Assembly: GCA_002269645.1 (NCBI GenBank)
Contig: NIVC01002930.1
Coordinates: forward strand, 1-64,000
Direction: 5' to 3'
Length of the DNA: 64,000 bases
Source of the DNA: Macrostomum lignano
Taxonomy: Eukaryota
Of this stretch, positions 9,687 to 37,015 are shown piece after piece. The position numbers and the translations under genes were made by a program. The notes beneath the pieces are model-generated. The model saw nothing but the letters and a program-made list of their open reading frames with translations, did not search any database and was not told the origin of the DNA. Numbering within the stretch: the first letter of the stretch is position 1; every line of letters begins with the position of its first letter.

Positions 9687-10907
9687 TTAAGCGAATGCGA
9701 GTTCCTCCCCAAGGTCAATAAAATACTCGCCCTCGACTCTGCTCGGTAGTACCAGCTGAATGCAGACTGACGGTGGCATCGGTGGCATGGCTTCTACGAC
9801 TGGGATGTCACCGGTTTGGATTTCTGGTGCAGCCGGTGGAGTAGGAGGTTCGAATTCTCGCAGGAGATCGGATAGGCTTGCTTCTGCCATCATTCTGGCT
9901 TGCTCCATATTTTTTCCTGCGACTGGAACAGGCCTGTAGGGTGGCATCTGTTGCTGCTCAGCTTCTTCATTTGCCAGCTCAACAGGCTCCAAATCGACAT
10001 CCTCGAAGAAGGCAGTATCCAACTCCGAAGGAGCTGCAAAACCAGTGGAATCGTCAGCTGGGAGGCCGGCATCAGCAGTTGGAAGGCCGGCACTGTCAGC
10101 TGGGAGGCCGGCATCAGTAGTTGGAAGGCCGGCACCGTCAGCTGGGAGGCCGGCATCAGTAGTTGGAAGGCCGGCACCGTCAGCTGGGAGGCCGGCATCA
10201 GTAGTTGGAAGGCCGGCACCGTCAGCTGGGAGGCCGGCATCAGTAGTTGGAAGGCCGGCACCGTCAGCTGGGAGGCCGGCATCAGTAGTTGGAAGGCCGG
10301 CACCGTCAGCTGGGAGGCCGGCATCAGTAGTTGGAAGGCCGGCACCGTCAGCTGGGAGGCCGGCATCAGTAGTTGGAAGGCCGGCACCGTCAGCTGGGAG
10401 GCCGGCATCAGCAGCTGGAAGGCCGGCACCGTCAGCTGGGAGGCCGGCATCAGCAGCTGGCGCAGCGGTTGAACCAAAAAAATCTGATTGCTGCTCCACA
10501 GCGGCAAGTGCAGCGGCAAGCAGATCAAAGTTTGCATCGGTAGCGTGCTGAAAATCTTCATCAGGCTGCTGAAAGACGCCCTGAATTGTCTGGCTGAGTG
10601 CGCTGACCGGTGCTCGACTGCGCTCGATAATGTTGAGCTGCTCTTGACGCTGGGCAGCCTCCAAGGCAGCAAAGCGGGCTCGTTTTAAATCTCCAGGTGA
10701 GCTCCAGTTAATAATAATGTGGTTTTTGTGAGCTCGAACTTGCTGGCGCACATTAAAGAGCTCACGCGTCTGGCACTCGTGGCAAAGCAGCCAGCGACTG
10801 ACATTGCAGCTGCTTTTCATTTTGTGACGTTTTAAGCCACCGAGCTCACATGAGTTGCATGAAATGCATACCTCGTACACATATGAAGGGCAGCGCGATT
10901 TATTCAT
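9687..10907 (-). CDS. Hypothetical Polinton accessory protein: Cys/His-rich N-terminus, acidic repeat-containing body
   Basis: 406-aa ORF with ATG, about 150 aa of non-repeat sequence before and about 120 aa after the repeat. AATAAA on the minus strand at 9487-9482. Confidence 0.55.
   Translation of the reverse strand: MNKSRCPSYVYEVCISCNSCELGGLKRHKMKSSCNVSRWLLCHECQTRELFNVRQQVRAHKNHIIINWSSPGDLKRARFAALEAAQRQEQLNIIERSRAPVSALSQTIQGVFQQPDEDFQHATDANFDLLAAALAAVEQQSDFFGSTAAPAADAGLPADGAGLPAADAGLPADGAGLPTTDAGLPADGAGLPTTDAGLPADGAGLPTTDAGLPADGAGLPTTDAGLPADGAGLPTTDAGLPADGAGLPTTDAGLPADGAGLPTTDAGLPADSAGLPTADAGLPADDSTGFAAPSELDTAFFEDVDLEPVELANEEAEQQQMPPYRPVPVAGKNMEQARMMAEASLSDLLREFEPPTPPAAPEIQTGDIPVVEAMPPMPPSVCIQLVLPSRVEGEYFIDLGEELAFA
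10056..10460 (-). repeat. In-frame 42-bp tandem repeat (two 21-bp subunits), about 9.5 copies, encoding ADGAGLPTTDAGLP
   Basis: Unit gctgggaggccggcatcagtagttggaaggccggcaccgtca read directly. Confidence 0.95.
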
Positions 10908-11529
10908 TCCAAATTTTTTAATGTTTGAATAGAAAAATCAAATTGAAGTTAAATTCAAATTAGAAGTAGAAACTTATGTCCCGTATTCAAGTATACGGTG
11001 TCTTATATACCTCGCTTATTCGAATCTGTGTTAATAAAAACATAGCCGCTATGTTTACAGCTTAGCTATGTTTACAGCTTAGCTATGTTTACAGTCAGTA
11101 ACCCAGCCGTCTCAGAAACCGGTTTTTTAAAATAATTTTATTAGAAAACCCAGATACAGAGCCTCTATTGAAAGCATACATGTACAAAAGTTCCTTTGCA
11201 CTTGCCGCCAACTGGAACTCCCGACCAGACTGGGGAGCAATAAAACTGATAATTATTGAGCGTCCAATTCCATTTAGCAACACACCCACCACCCCAAGAA
11301 AGGGGGAGATGCTTGGCTATTATAATCTTATTAAAGCAGCATCTTGTTATTGAAACTTTTGCCTAATTAATAGGCAAAAGTTTCAATTAATTCCAAAATT
11401 CCAAAATCCTTAAATTCCAAAATCAAGTGATTTTTCAACAGTTGGTAGCTCAAATTTTAGACATGAATTGCAAATTGATTTTATTGTAATCATTGAAATA
11501 AAGACACGCCCCTCCTCCTTTTACGATAC

Positions 11530-11844
11530 CCGATGGAATATTAAATGTCATTCAGAAGCAAAGCATTGCCTGGTTTTATGAACCGAACCGCCTGTGTCCG
11601 TCGTAGCAGAACACGCATTTGCCAATACTCATTCATTGCGGTTAACGGAATTCCCGCGGAGCCCCACCCCATTCGCAAATACTTGCACCAATGTACTCTC
11701 ACTAGGAGGTCTCACGGAATTTCCATGGCCTGCCCTGCGGCAGAGTCGCTCAATGGATTTGCATGGGCCCGTATGTTCACTCACTAGGGCCCATGGCTTT
11801 TCCACGGAAATTCCTGCGGCAGAGTTCTGTTATCCCATACTACT
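11530..11844. repeat. Candidate right terminal inverted repeat of the Polinton
   Basis: GC-richer non-coding stretch with internal repeats (ACGGAAWTTCC-like x3, CCTGCGGCAGAGT x2, CACTAGG x2) ending in ACTACT, the usual Polinton terminal pattern. The left TIR is not visible and the inner boundary is a guess. Confidence 0.45.
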
Positions 11845-11959
11845 TACGAGCTACATCAGTTTTTGATGCGTTTTCTAAAATTTATACAAGCTACGTGACC
11901 TGGTTGAGATTAGCGTACAGAACATGACGTGAAAAGTACCATAAACATTAACATTTTAG

Positions 11960-13397
11960 GCAAGCTGAGGGCATTCCTGGTATGCCGCAAGGAGTGCATC
12001 GCCAAATGCGACCGGCTTGTTTACGTCTACTCGGAGAAGAAGGTGCGTGATTGAGATTTGAACTCTTTCTGCCGTGCCCATATGTGCTAATTTTCTAACT
12101 TGAATCCTACACAATGCGCTACTTTGCAGGAGTTCTGCCACGAGTGCCTCAAGCAGTGCATCTCAGCTGTTGTGCAACAGGCCAGAAGCCTCGGGGTGAG
12201 TGATGAAGATTTGGCATCTTTGTGAACCTGTGGATTCATGGGCATGCTGATTAACTCTTGGTGCTTCCATGATGTGGAATCCACTGATTCTCTTCCGGTG
12301 GTTCCAGGATGTGGAATCCACTGATTCTCTTCCGGTGATTCCAGGATGTGGAATCCACTGATTCTATTCCGGTGGTTCCAGGATGTGGAATCCACTGATT
12401 CTCTTCCGGTGCTTCCATGATGTGGAATCCACTGATTCTCTTCCGGTGATTCCAGGATGTGGAATCCACTGATTCTCTTCCGGTGCTTCCAGGATGTGGA
12501 ATCCACTGATTCTCTTCCGGTGATTCCAGGATGTGGAATCCACTGATTCTCTTCCGGTGGTTCCAGGATGTGGAATCCACTGATTCTCTTCCGGTGATTC
12601 CAGGATGTGGAATCCACTGATTCTCTTCCGGTGCTTCCAGGATGTGGAATCCACTGATTCTCTTCCGGTGATTCCAGGATGTGGAATCCACTGATTCTCT
12701 TCCGGTGATTCCAGGATGTGGAATCCACTGATTCTCTTCCGGTGATTCCAGGATGTGGAATCCACTGATTCTCTTCCGGTGATTCCAGGATGTGGAATCC
12801 ACTGATTCTCTTCCGGTGATTCCAGGATGTGGAATCCACTGATTCTCTTCCGGTGATTCCAGGATGTGGAATCCACTGATTCTCTTCCGGTGATTCCAGG
12901 ATGTGGAATCCACTGATTCTCTTCCGGTGATTCCAGGATGTGGAATCCACTGATTCTCTTCCGGTGATTCCAGGATGTGGAATCCACTGATTCTCTTCCG
13001 GTGCTTCCATGATGTGGAATCCACTGATTCTCTTCCGGTGGTTCCAGGATAACAGCGATGGCCTTCCAATGAAATCCACGGTGACTCATTGACTGTCCCT
13101 TTATCCTCTCAGGTGGACTTGAACGCAGCGGACGGGGAGCCGGAGCGGCAGCCGCAGATGCAGGCAGACTCGGCGGGTGCCGCGATGGCTGGCAGCGGCC
13201 ATGGCAGTCGCCGGGATCGTCGCGGCAGGAAACGGCTGAGCAGGAAGCAGCGCGAGGAGCGACGCCGACGTCGCCGGCGCCAGCGACAGCGCAACAGGAA
13301 GCGGCGCCGCGGGGCCGACAGGTCGACCGGAAGTGGCGGAAGCGACGCTCGTGGCGGACAGACGGGTGGCCTGCTGAAGAACTGCATTGTGCACTGA
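11960..13397 (+). CDS. 3' exons of an unidentified host gene (11960-12042, 12130-12195, 13113-13397); Arg-rich C-terminus ending in CaaX-like CIVH
   Basis: Acceptors ttttag, ctttgcag and cctctcag with donors GTGCGT and GTGAGT give one continuous frame: KLRAFLVCRKECIAKCDRLVYVYSEKK-EFCHECLKQCISAVVQQARSLG-VDLNAADG...KNCIVH*. Confidence 0.7.
12262..13048 (+). repeat. 37-bp intronic minisatellite, about 21 copies
   Basis: Unit gatgtggaatccactgattctcttccggtgattccag. Confidence 0.95.
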
Positions 13398-14110
13398 TAG
13401 CCATAATGCGCGCAGTACATTATTGAGCTCGCTGGGAGGCCGAAATTGCCATAGACAATTCGGGCTGAAAGATTCGCTGGTGACGGGAGAAATTTAGTGT
13501 GTTCGCACATTTTTACCCGACTTAGCATATCATAATTTAATAATTCATTTTTTCAAGTAGGCTGTTCGACTTGTGAAGTAACCATTTTCAGTTTGTGTTT
13601 TTCTGTAGAAAATTCAACTAAAATATTGCTCCAAATGAAATCTCCATGGCTTCAGAAACAAGTCTGCTACAGCGCTACAATTTCAAAGCAAAATTTCGCT
13701 TTTGTACTTAAAAGTCTCGCGAAACTTCTTATTCGATATAAATAAAACATTGCAAGTAAAGTTCAACTTCCTTTAGATAGCATCGAAGTTAATTTGTAAG
13801 AAATTCGGGTGTAAAACTATGTCCAAAATTAGTTGTTTATTTGATTTCAATTTCTAAAAATTATCACGCGTAACTGGAGCGTATATAGCCATAGATACAC
13901 TGCAGCTGTGGCTCTTTAAAGATTTTAAAGAAAGATAGAGAAATAAAAAATTGATGAGCAAGTTTATATCAATAAAAAAGTCAGGAAAGATAAAAAGAAG
14001 CCGCGAGATTCGCAAGAAAAGGGATGCAAAATTTTACAGAAAAATTGATTGATTTCATTGAAAACAAATCAGAAGCTCTGCATCCTCGCAAGCTGCTCAA
14101 GAAACTGAGC

Positions 14111-15501
14111 TCAACCAGCACGCTGTTGAGATGACTTGAACGCCAAGTAATTCTCCTCCTCCAATTCCGTCATCAGCTTGTTCAGCGCGTAGATCTAAAG
14201 TTGCGATTAGAAATAGGTGACAGCGTCAAGGTGAAATGCATCAGGTTGGAGCCTGCTGTGTGTGGCATCATCAGCCATAATTTGTAAACAGCAACTGGAA
14301 ACAGGCCAGAATCATCTGGCATCATCTAGTATCCTCTCGCATCATCTAGTATCATCTGGCATCATCTAGTACCACCTGGCATCGTCTAGTATCATCTGGC
14401 ATCATCTAGTACCATCTGGCATCGTCTAGTATCATCTGGCATCAACTAGTATCATCTGGCATCGTCTAGTACCATCTGGCATCGTCTAGTATCATCTGGC
14501 ATCAACTAGTATCATCTGGCATCGTCTAGTACCATCTGGAATCATCTAGTACCATCTGGCATCATCTAGTATCATCTGGCATCATCTAGTATCATCTGGC
14601 ATCATCTAGTACCATCTGGCATCAACTAGTATCATCTCGCATCATCTAGTACCATCTGGCATCATCTAGTATCATCTGGAATTATCTAGTACCATCTGGC
14701 ATCATCTAGTATCATCTGGCATCATCTAGTATCATCTGGCATCGTCTAGTATCATCTGGCATCATCTAGTACCATCTGACATCATCTAGTACCATCTGGC
14801 ATCAACTAGTATCATGTCGCATCATCTAGTAGTATCATCTCGCATCATCTAGCATCATCTGGCATCATCTAGTATCATCTATTGCCATCTGGCATCATAC
14901 TGCATCGCCCAGAGCTACCCAGAATCAACTGAAACCATCTTGTATCCCTCGTAATCATCCAGTACGATCTAAAATCATAAATTTTCTAATCCTGCTCCAT
15001 CCAGCATCACCGCTAGCCATCATCCGCCACAACCGCTGTGAAGCACCCTGCACCAACCCGTCGCCTCTGCTGCGCCCGCTCCTCGGCCTCCCAAGCGTCT
15101 GCCGAGTCCATCGCCCAGTAGCCAGGCGCCACTCGAGTGGCAGCGGTCGAGCGTCGCATTCGAGACGATGACAATTTAAACAAGTCGTTCGATGTCTGCT
15201 GTCGCATCAGCAGAGACTTCGATGTTGTCGAGACTGCGCCAGGTCGAGACGGCCCCGGCGCTGGACAAGGCGTCTTCGTGGACCTTCGGGGCAGCGTCGG
15301 TACAGAAGGCCGCGTTGGCGGTTGTGGCTGCGGCTGTCTCTGCTTCAACTGTCCAGGCAGAGCCAAAGCGTAAGAAGTGACGGCTCTCTGCAGCGTCAAA
15401 TCCGCCTGCTTCCGGGACGCTGAAGGCAGAGCCGGTGGCTGCTGCTTCAGCTGTTGAACCGGTTGGTACTCCAGCAGCATGAGTCGCGTGGCACCGGACA
15501 T
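14111..15501 (-). CDS. SVBP/CCDC23-like (small vasohibin-binding protein domain) gene; exons about 15501-15058 and 14194-14111
   Basis: Last exon IYALNKLMTELEEENYLAF follows a ctaat...ctttag acceptor and resembles SVBP EIYALNRVMTELEQQQF. The upstream exon ends AEERAQQRRR at a phase-0 GTTGGT donor; that exon is less certain. Confidence 0.6.
14312..14895 (+). repeat. 20-bp intronic minisatellite
   Basis: Unit catctggcatcatctagtat with variants. Confidence 0.95.
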
Positions 15502-15636
15502 CGCATGCCAGATTGTCTGCGCGCTGGTTCAATGCACTGACCGGGACTTCCGGCATGCTGGCGGTATTTTAGTTGTAAAATATAATTATTTTAGCAGTTA
15601 AATACAAGCACCGTGCCACTAAAAAACGGAATTTCT

Positions 15637-16500
15637 AATGTCCCTCTACAGCAGGGATCACCTCTGCAATGTCCCTCTACAGCAGGGACCACCTCTGCAA
15701 TGTCCCTCTACAGCAGGGACCACCTCTGTCATGTCCCTCTACAGCAGGGACCACCTCTGCAATGTCCCTCTACAGCAGGGACCACCTCTGCAATGTCCCT
15801 CTACAGCAGAGACCACCTCTGTCATGTCCCTCTACAGCAGGGACCACCTCTGTCATGTCCCTCTACAGCAGGGACCACCTCTGCAATGTCCCTCTACAGC
15901 AGGGACCACCTCTGTCATGTCCCTCTACAGCAGGGACCACCTCTGCAATGTCCCTCTACAGCAGGGACCACCTCTGCAATGTCCCTCTACAGCAGGGACC
16001 ACCTCTGTCATGTCCCTCTACAGCAGGGACCACCTCTGTCATGTCCCTCTACAGCAGGGACCACCTCTGTCATGTCCCTCTACAGCAGGGACCACCTCTG
16101 TCATGTCCCTCTACAGCAGGGACCACCTCTGCAATGTCCCTCTACAGCAGGGACCACCTCTGCAATGTCCCTCTACAGCAGGGACCACCTCTGCAATGTC
16201 CCTCTACAGCAGGGACCACCTCTGTCATGTCCCTCTACAGCAGGGACCACCTCTGTCATGTCCCTCTACAGCAGGGACCACCTCTGTCATGTCCCTCTAC
16301 AGCAGGGACCACCTCTGTCATGTCCCTCTACAGCAGGGACCACCTCTGCAATGTCCCTCTACAGCAGGGACCACCTCTGCAATGTCCCTCTACAGCAGGG
16401 ACCACCTCTGCAATGTCCCTCTACAGCAGGGACCACCTCTGCAATGTCCCTCTACAGCAGGGACCACCTCTGCAATGTCCCTCTACAGCAGGGACCACCT
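15637..16500 (+). repeat. 31-bp minisatellite, about 28 copies
   Basis: Unit atgtccctctacagcagggaccacctctgca/gtc. Confidence 0.95.
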
Positions 16501-17294
16501 TGCTATCAAAATGGTCAGTCAAAAAAGTCTTACACAGAATAGGTATCAAATATATTTGCTTTCTGCAATTAACCGGAGGTGTAAAAACAATATTTAACGC
16601 CGATAAAGCTGCTCATAACTCGATGACAACAATCAGATAAAAAATCCTAGACTGCCTAGGAACAAAACATACTCGTACTGCAATAACTTTCAAAATACAG
16701 ACAGCGAAAAATCTGATATAACAAAAAACGCGCAAAATGTTAACAATGAGCGTGCAAATCTCTAGCCAGAGTTGGCAATATAAATTAAAACAACCAAATC
16801 AAAGGGATACTAACTAAAAATCACAAATTGACACTTATAGACTGAGTTAGATAACAAAGCAGTGCTTAAAATTTAATCTATATATTTCGTTAATGATTTT
16901 TAAGCGGAATACTCGCAAAATTCACACTACTGACCAGGCAATCAATAAGTAGACTAGTGCGAATATACCTTACTAAATAGAATTATATATATGAAAAAAT
17001 CAGCACGATAATGAGTGCAGAATAACAAACTAAATTTGTGAAAAACTCCTCTAGTAAAATTTTTCTTAACTAAAATTGCTTCTAAAAGCAGGAAATCGAA
17101 AAATTTTAATCGAAAGTCCTCAATAGAAATAAAGATAGAGGAGAAGAAGAGAGACATCGGCTTTTTGATATAATGCAACTGCGGCTAACAAATTAATTAT
17201 CCATTTCGAACATTTGAAATCAGCTGCTACTCAAAAAAATTATATATCTGATATTTTATTTATTTAATTCCGGAATGTTTTGAAGCCTCACAAG

Positions 17295-34936
<17,642 letters not shown>

Positions 34937-36420
34937 ATTCTTTAGCTCTAATCAGTTTATGAGATCATCTTGCTATGTAGTTGCCAATGTAATTCCAAAT
35001 TAATGACATGGCTTGGCCAGAGTGATGGTCAAACTCGAGGCGGCATGCAATTATTTGAAAAATGTAAGGCTGCATGAATAAAATAATAAGGGATTGAGGC
35101 TGGGGGCTAACCAATAGTGTACTTTTAATCAAGTTATGGGTGGCAGAGACGCGGCAGTCAGACCATTTCTACTATTGCTGCACTGGGTAAAACTATTTTC
35201 ATAGGCCTAAAACTCTTAAAGTTAGATTAGGTTACTAAGCCATATACCTGTATATAAATGTTTTTCATATTTCATTTTGAGGTAGTTTACAGTTCAAATA
35301 ATCTTGATTTAATCATATTAAAATAGTTTTCCTAAATAAAAATTTACTAAAAGGGTATAGTATTTACTAATAATAAGTTTTCCATCTCAAATTAAAATGA
35401 ATTAAAGTGAAAAACGAAGTAAGTCAATTAGAATTTAAAAACAACTTGTCAGTTTATAGAAGAATTGAATGGACTTATAGCTATAGTGGCAAATATAGTT
35501 ATAGTAACAGAATAAGTAATAGGTAAAACATATTTTTATTTCTATCTAGTATATACAGTATCCTAGGATGCAACAAATATCAGTTTTTACTGAAACATAC
35601 TGAATAAATAGTACACATTTAGTACATTTACATTGCATTCTACAATAATTAACCATGAAGTCATGAACACATAATTTGTTTGACAGTTTGTCTAACAGTA
35701 TCTGTTAGACAGATTTGTTTAGCAGTATCTTAAAGTAATTTTTCAGTCAAAATTATTTATAAATAGCTATCTCACTCTTCACGAGGCAAAATGGTCACTG
35801 GTGAGTCAAATTTTTATGAGATTTTCTAGTTTAAAGCTCAAACCAATATTTTTTTCTGTTGTACGAGTTAAAACCAGAAGTACGAGTATGCAATAAGAGT
35901 CTAAAACAGCAAATTGCTTCGTAAATCGAATTCTGCAGAGCGTTTCTTTGAACTTCTATGCTATTGTACTCATATAAATCTATATTGGCTTACCAGCTAC
36001 AGCCATCTAACAGGCTACGGTGTTTTAATATGCACATAATACAATATAAAAATGACAAAACATTCGAAAACAAAACTGTTGTTGAAAGCATATTTCGCGG
36101 AAAGTATTAATCTTGAATCCACCATAATCAAAATATTTGGGAAAAAGAACTTGTTGCGCATACAATGTTTCGTTAACAATTACAGTATACTGATATATAA
36201 GAACCAGATTGTCAACATTTTCAATAAAAAAAGATTTATCCTCATTTTCATTGATTAAATTTTTGATTTCTACTTTAAAATTTAAACTAGTGTATTACAT
36301 GAAAATCGGTAGCTAGCATTTCATTCCTTATGTATTCTATAACGCCAAATGATGCAGTTTACCGTAACATAAAGACATACTATATACATAAGGATCCAGG
36401 ATCGTCTACCGGACTATTCG

Positions 36421-36663
36421 TCTGCACTAGCTATATGGCCGGTGGTCTGTTCCTCTGGCGATGCTAAATTGTGGGTAGTAATTGATAGAATAATAATATC
36501 ATTGCAACTATGATTACCAATTTACCAATGGGCAAGTGCGGTTTTTTGTTGTAAATGGGAAAATTGGTAATCATTATTGCAATGATATTATTTATTTATC
36601 ATTTACTATCCACAATTTAGCATCGACAGAGGAATAGACCACTGGCCATTTAACTAGTGCAGA
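36421..36663. mobile_element. Foldback/MITE-like hairpin with ~105-bp arms
   Basis: The arm tctgcactag...ttaccaattt is nearly the reverse complement of aaattggtaa...ctagtgcaga, with a ~33-nt spacer. Confidence 0.75.
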
Positions 36664-36715
36664 AAGGCCTACTAGTACTAGGCCTAGTAAGTTACTAAGG
36701 TCTAAGGGTAGGGCC

Positions 36716-37015
36716 TAATGGCTAGAGTTCCGGCACTGGAACCCATTTTCTAACAGCTAGGGATCCGGCAGTGCCATATAGAAGCATATAAAGACTGCTA
36801 AGAACATATCTTAAGAAGTCTGAATAGTACTTTATGCTTAGAAGCATCTCGTCTTGAATCAAGTATCATATTGACATTGTCTTAAATTTTAATCTAGAAC
36901 AAAATCTCAATATCAGCCACCTGTAGAAAGAAAAATATTTTTTTTTATCTATTGACTATATTATAATGGCACTGCCAGATCTGTAGCTGTTAGAAAATGG
37001 GTTCCTCTAGCCATT
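36716..37015. mobile_element. MITE-like element with ~55-bp terminal inverted repeats
   Basis: taatggctagag...ggaacccattttctaacagcta...ggcagtgccat is mirrored by atggcactgcc...tagctgttagaaaatgggttcctctagccatta. Confidence 0.7.

Larger units (their letters stand above)
1..11844. mobile_element. Polinton/Maverick (adintovirus-like) endogenous virus, left part outside the window
   Basis: Compact cluster of major capsid protein, adenain-like protease, A32/FtsK-like packaging ATPase, two conserved Polinton ORFs and a convergently oriented protein-primed PolB. The right boundary is inferred from ACTACT at 11839-11844, after which host exons begin. Integrase and minor capsid are not in the window. 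Confidence 0.93.

Noticed and set aside
11095-11353. Short ORFs near the putative terminal repeat
   Set aside because: Only 61-65 aa, with non-ATG starts and no motif; not supportable as genes.
1-11844. Retroviral-type integrase and minor capsid (penton) genes expected for a Polinton
   Set aside because: Not seen in the window. They may lie upstream of base 1, so neither presence nor absence is claimed.
15613-16640. Long ORFs across tandem arrays, here and at 12087-13404, 21893-24658, 26716-28266, 29654-31129, 45202-45683, 46035-47570, 48458-49331, 50379-52636, 53537-54308 and 60915-61615
   Set aside because: They are translations of stop-free repeat units in several frames and on both strands, and most lie in introns defined by flanking splice sites.
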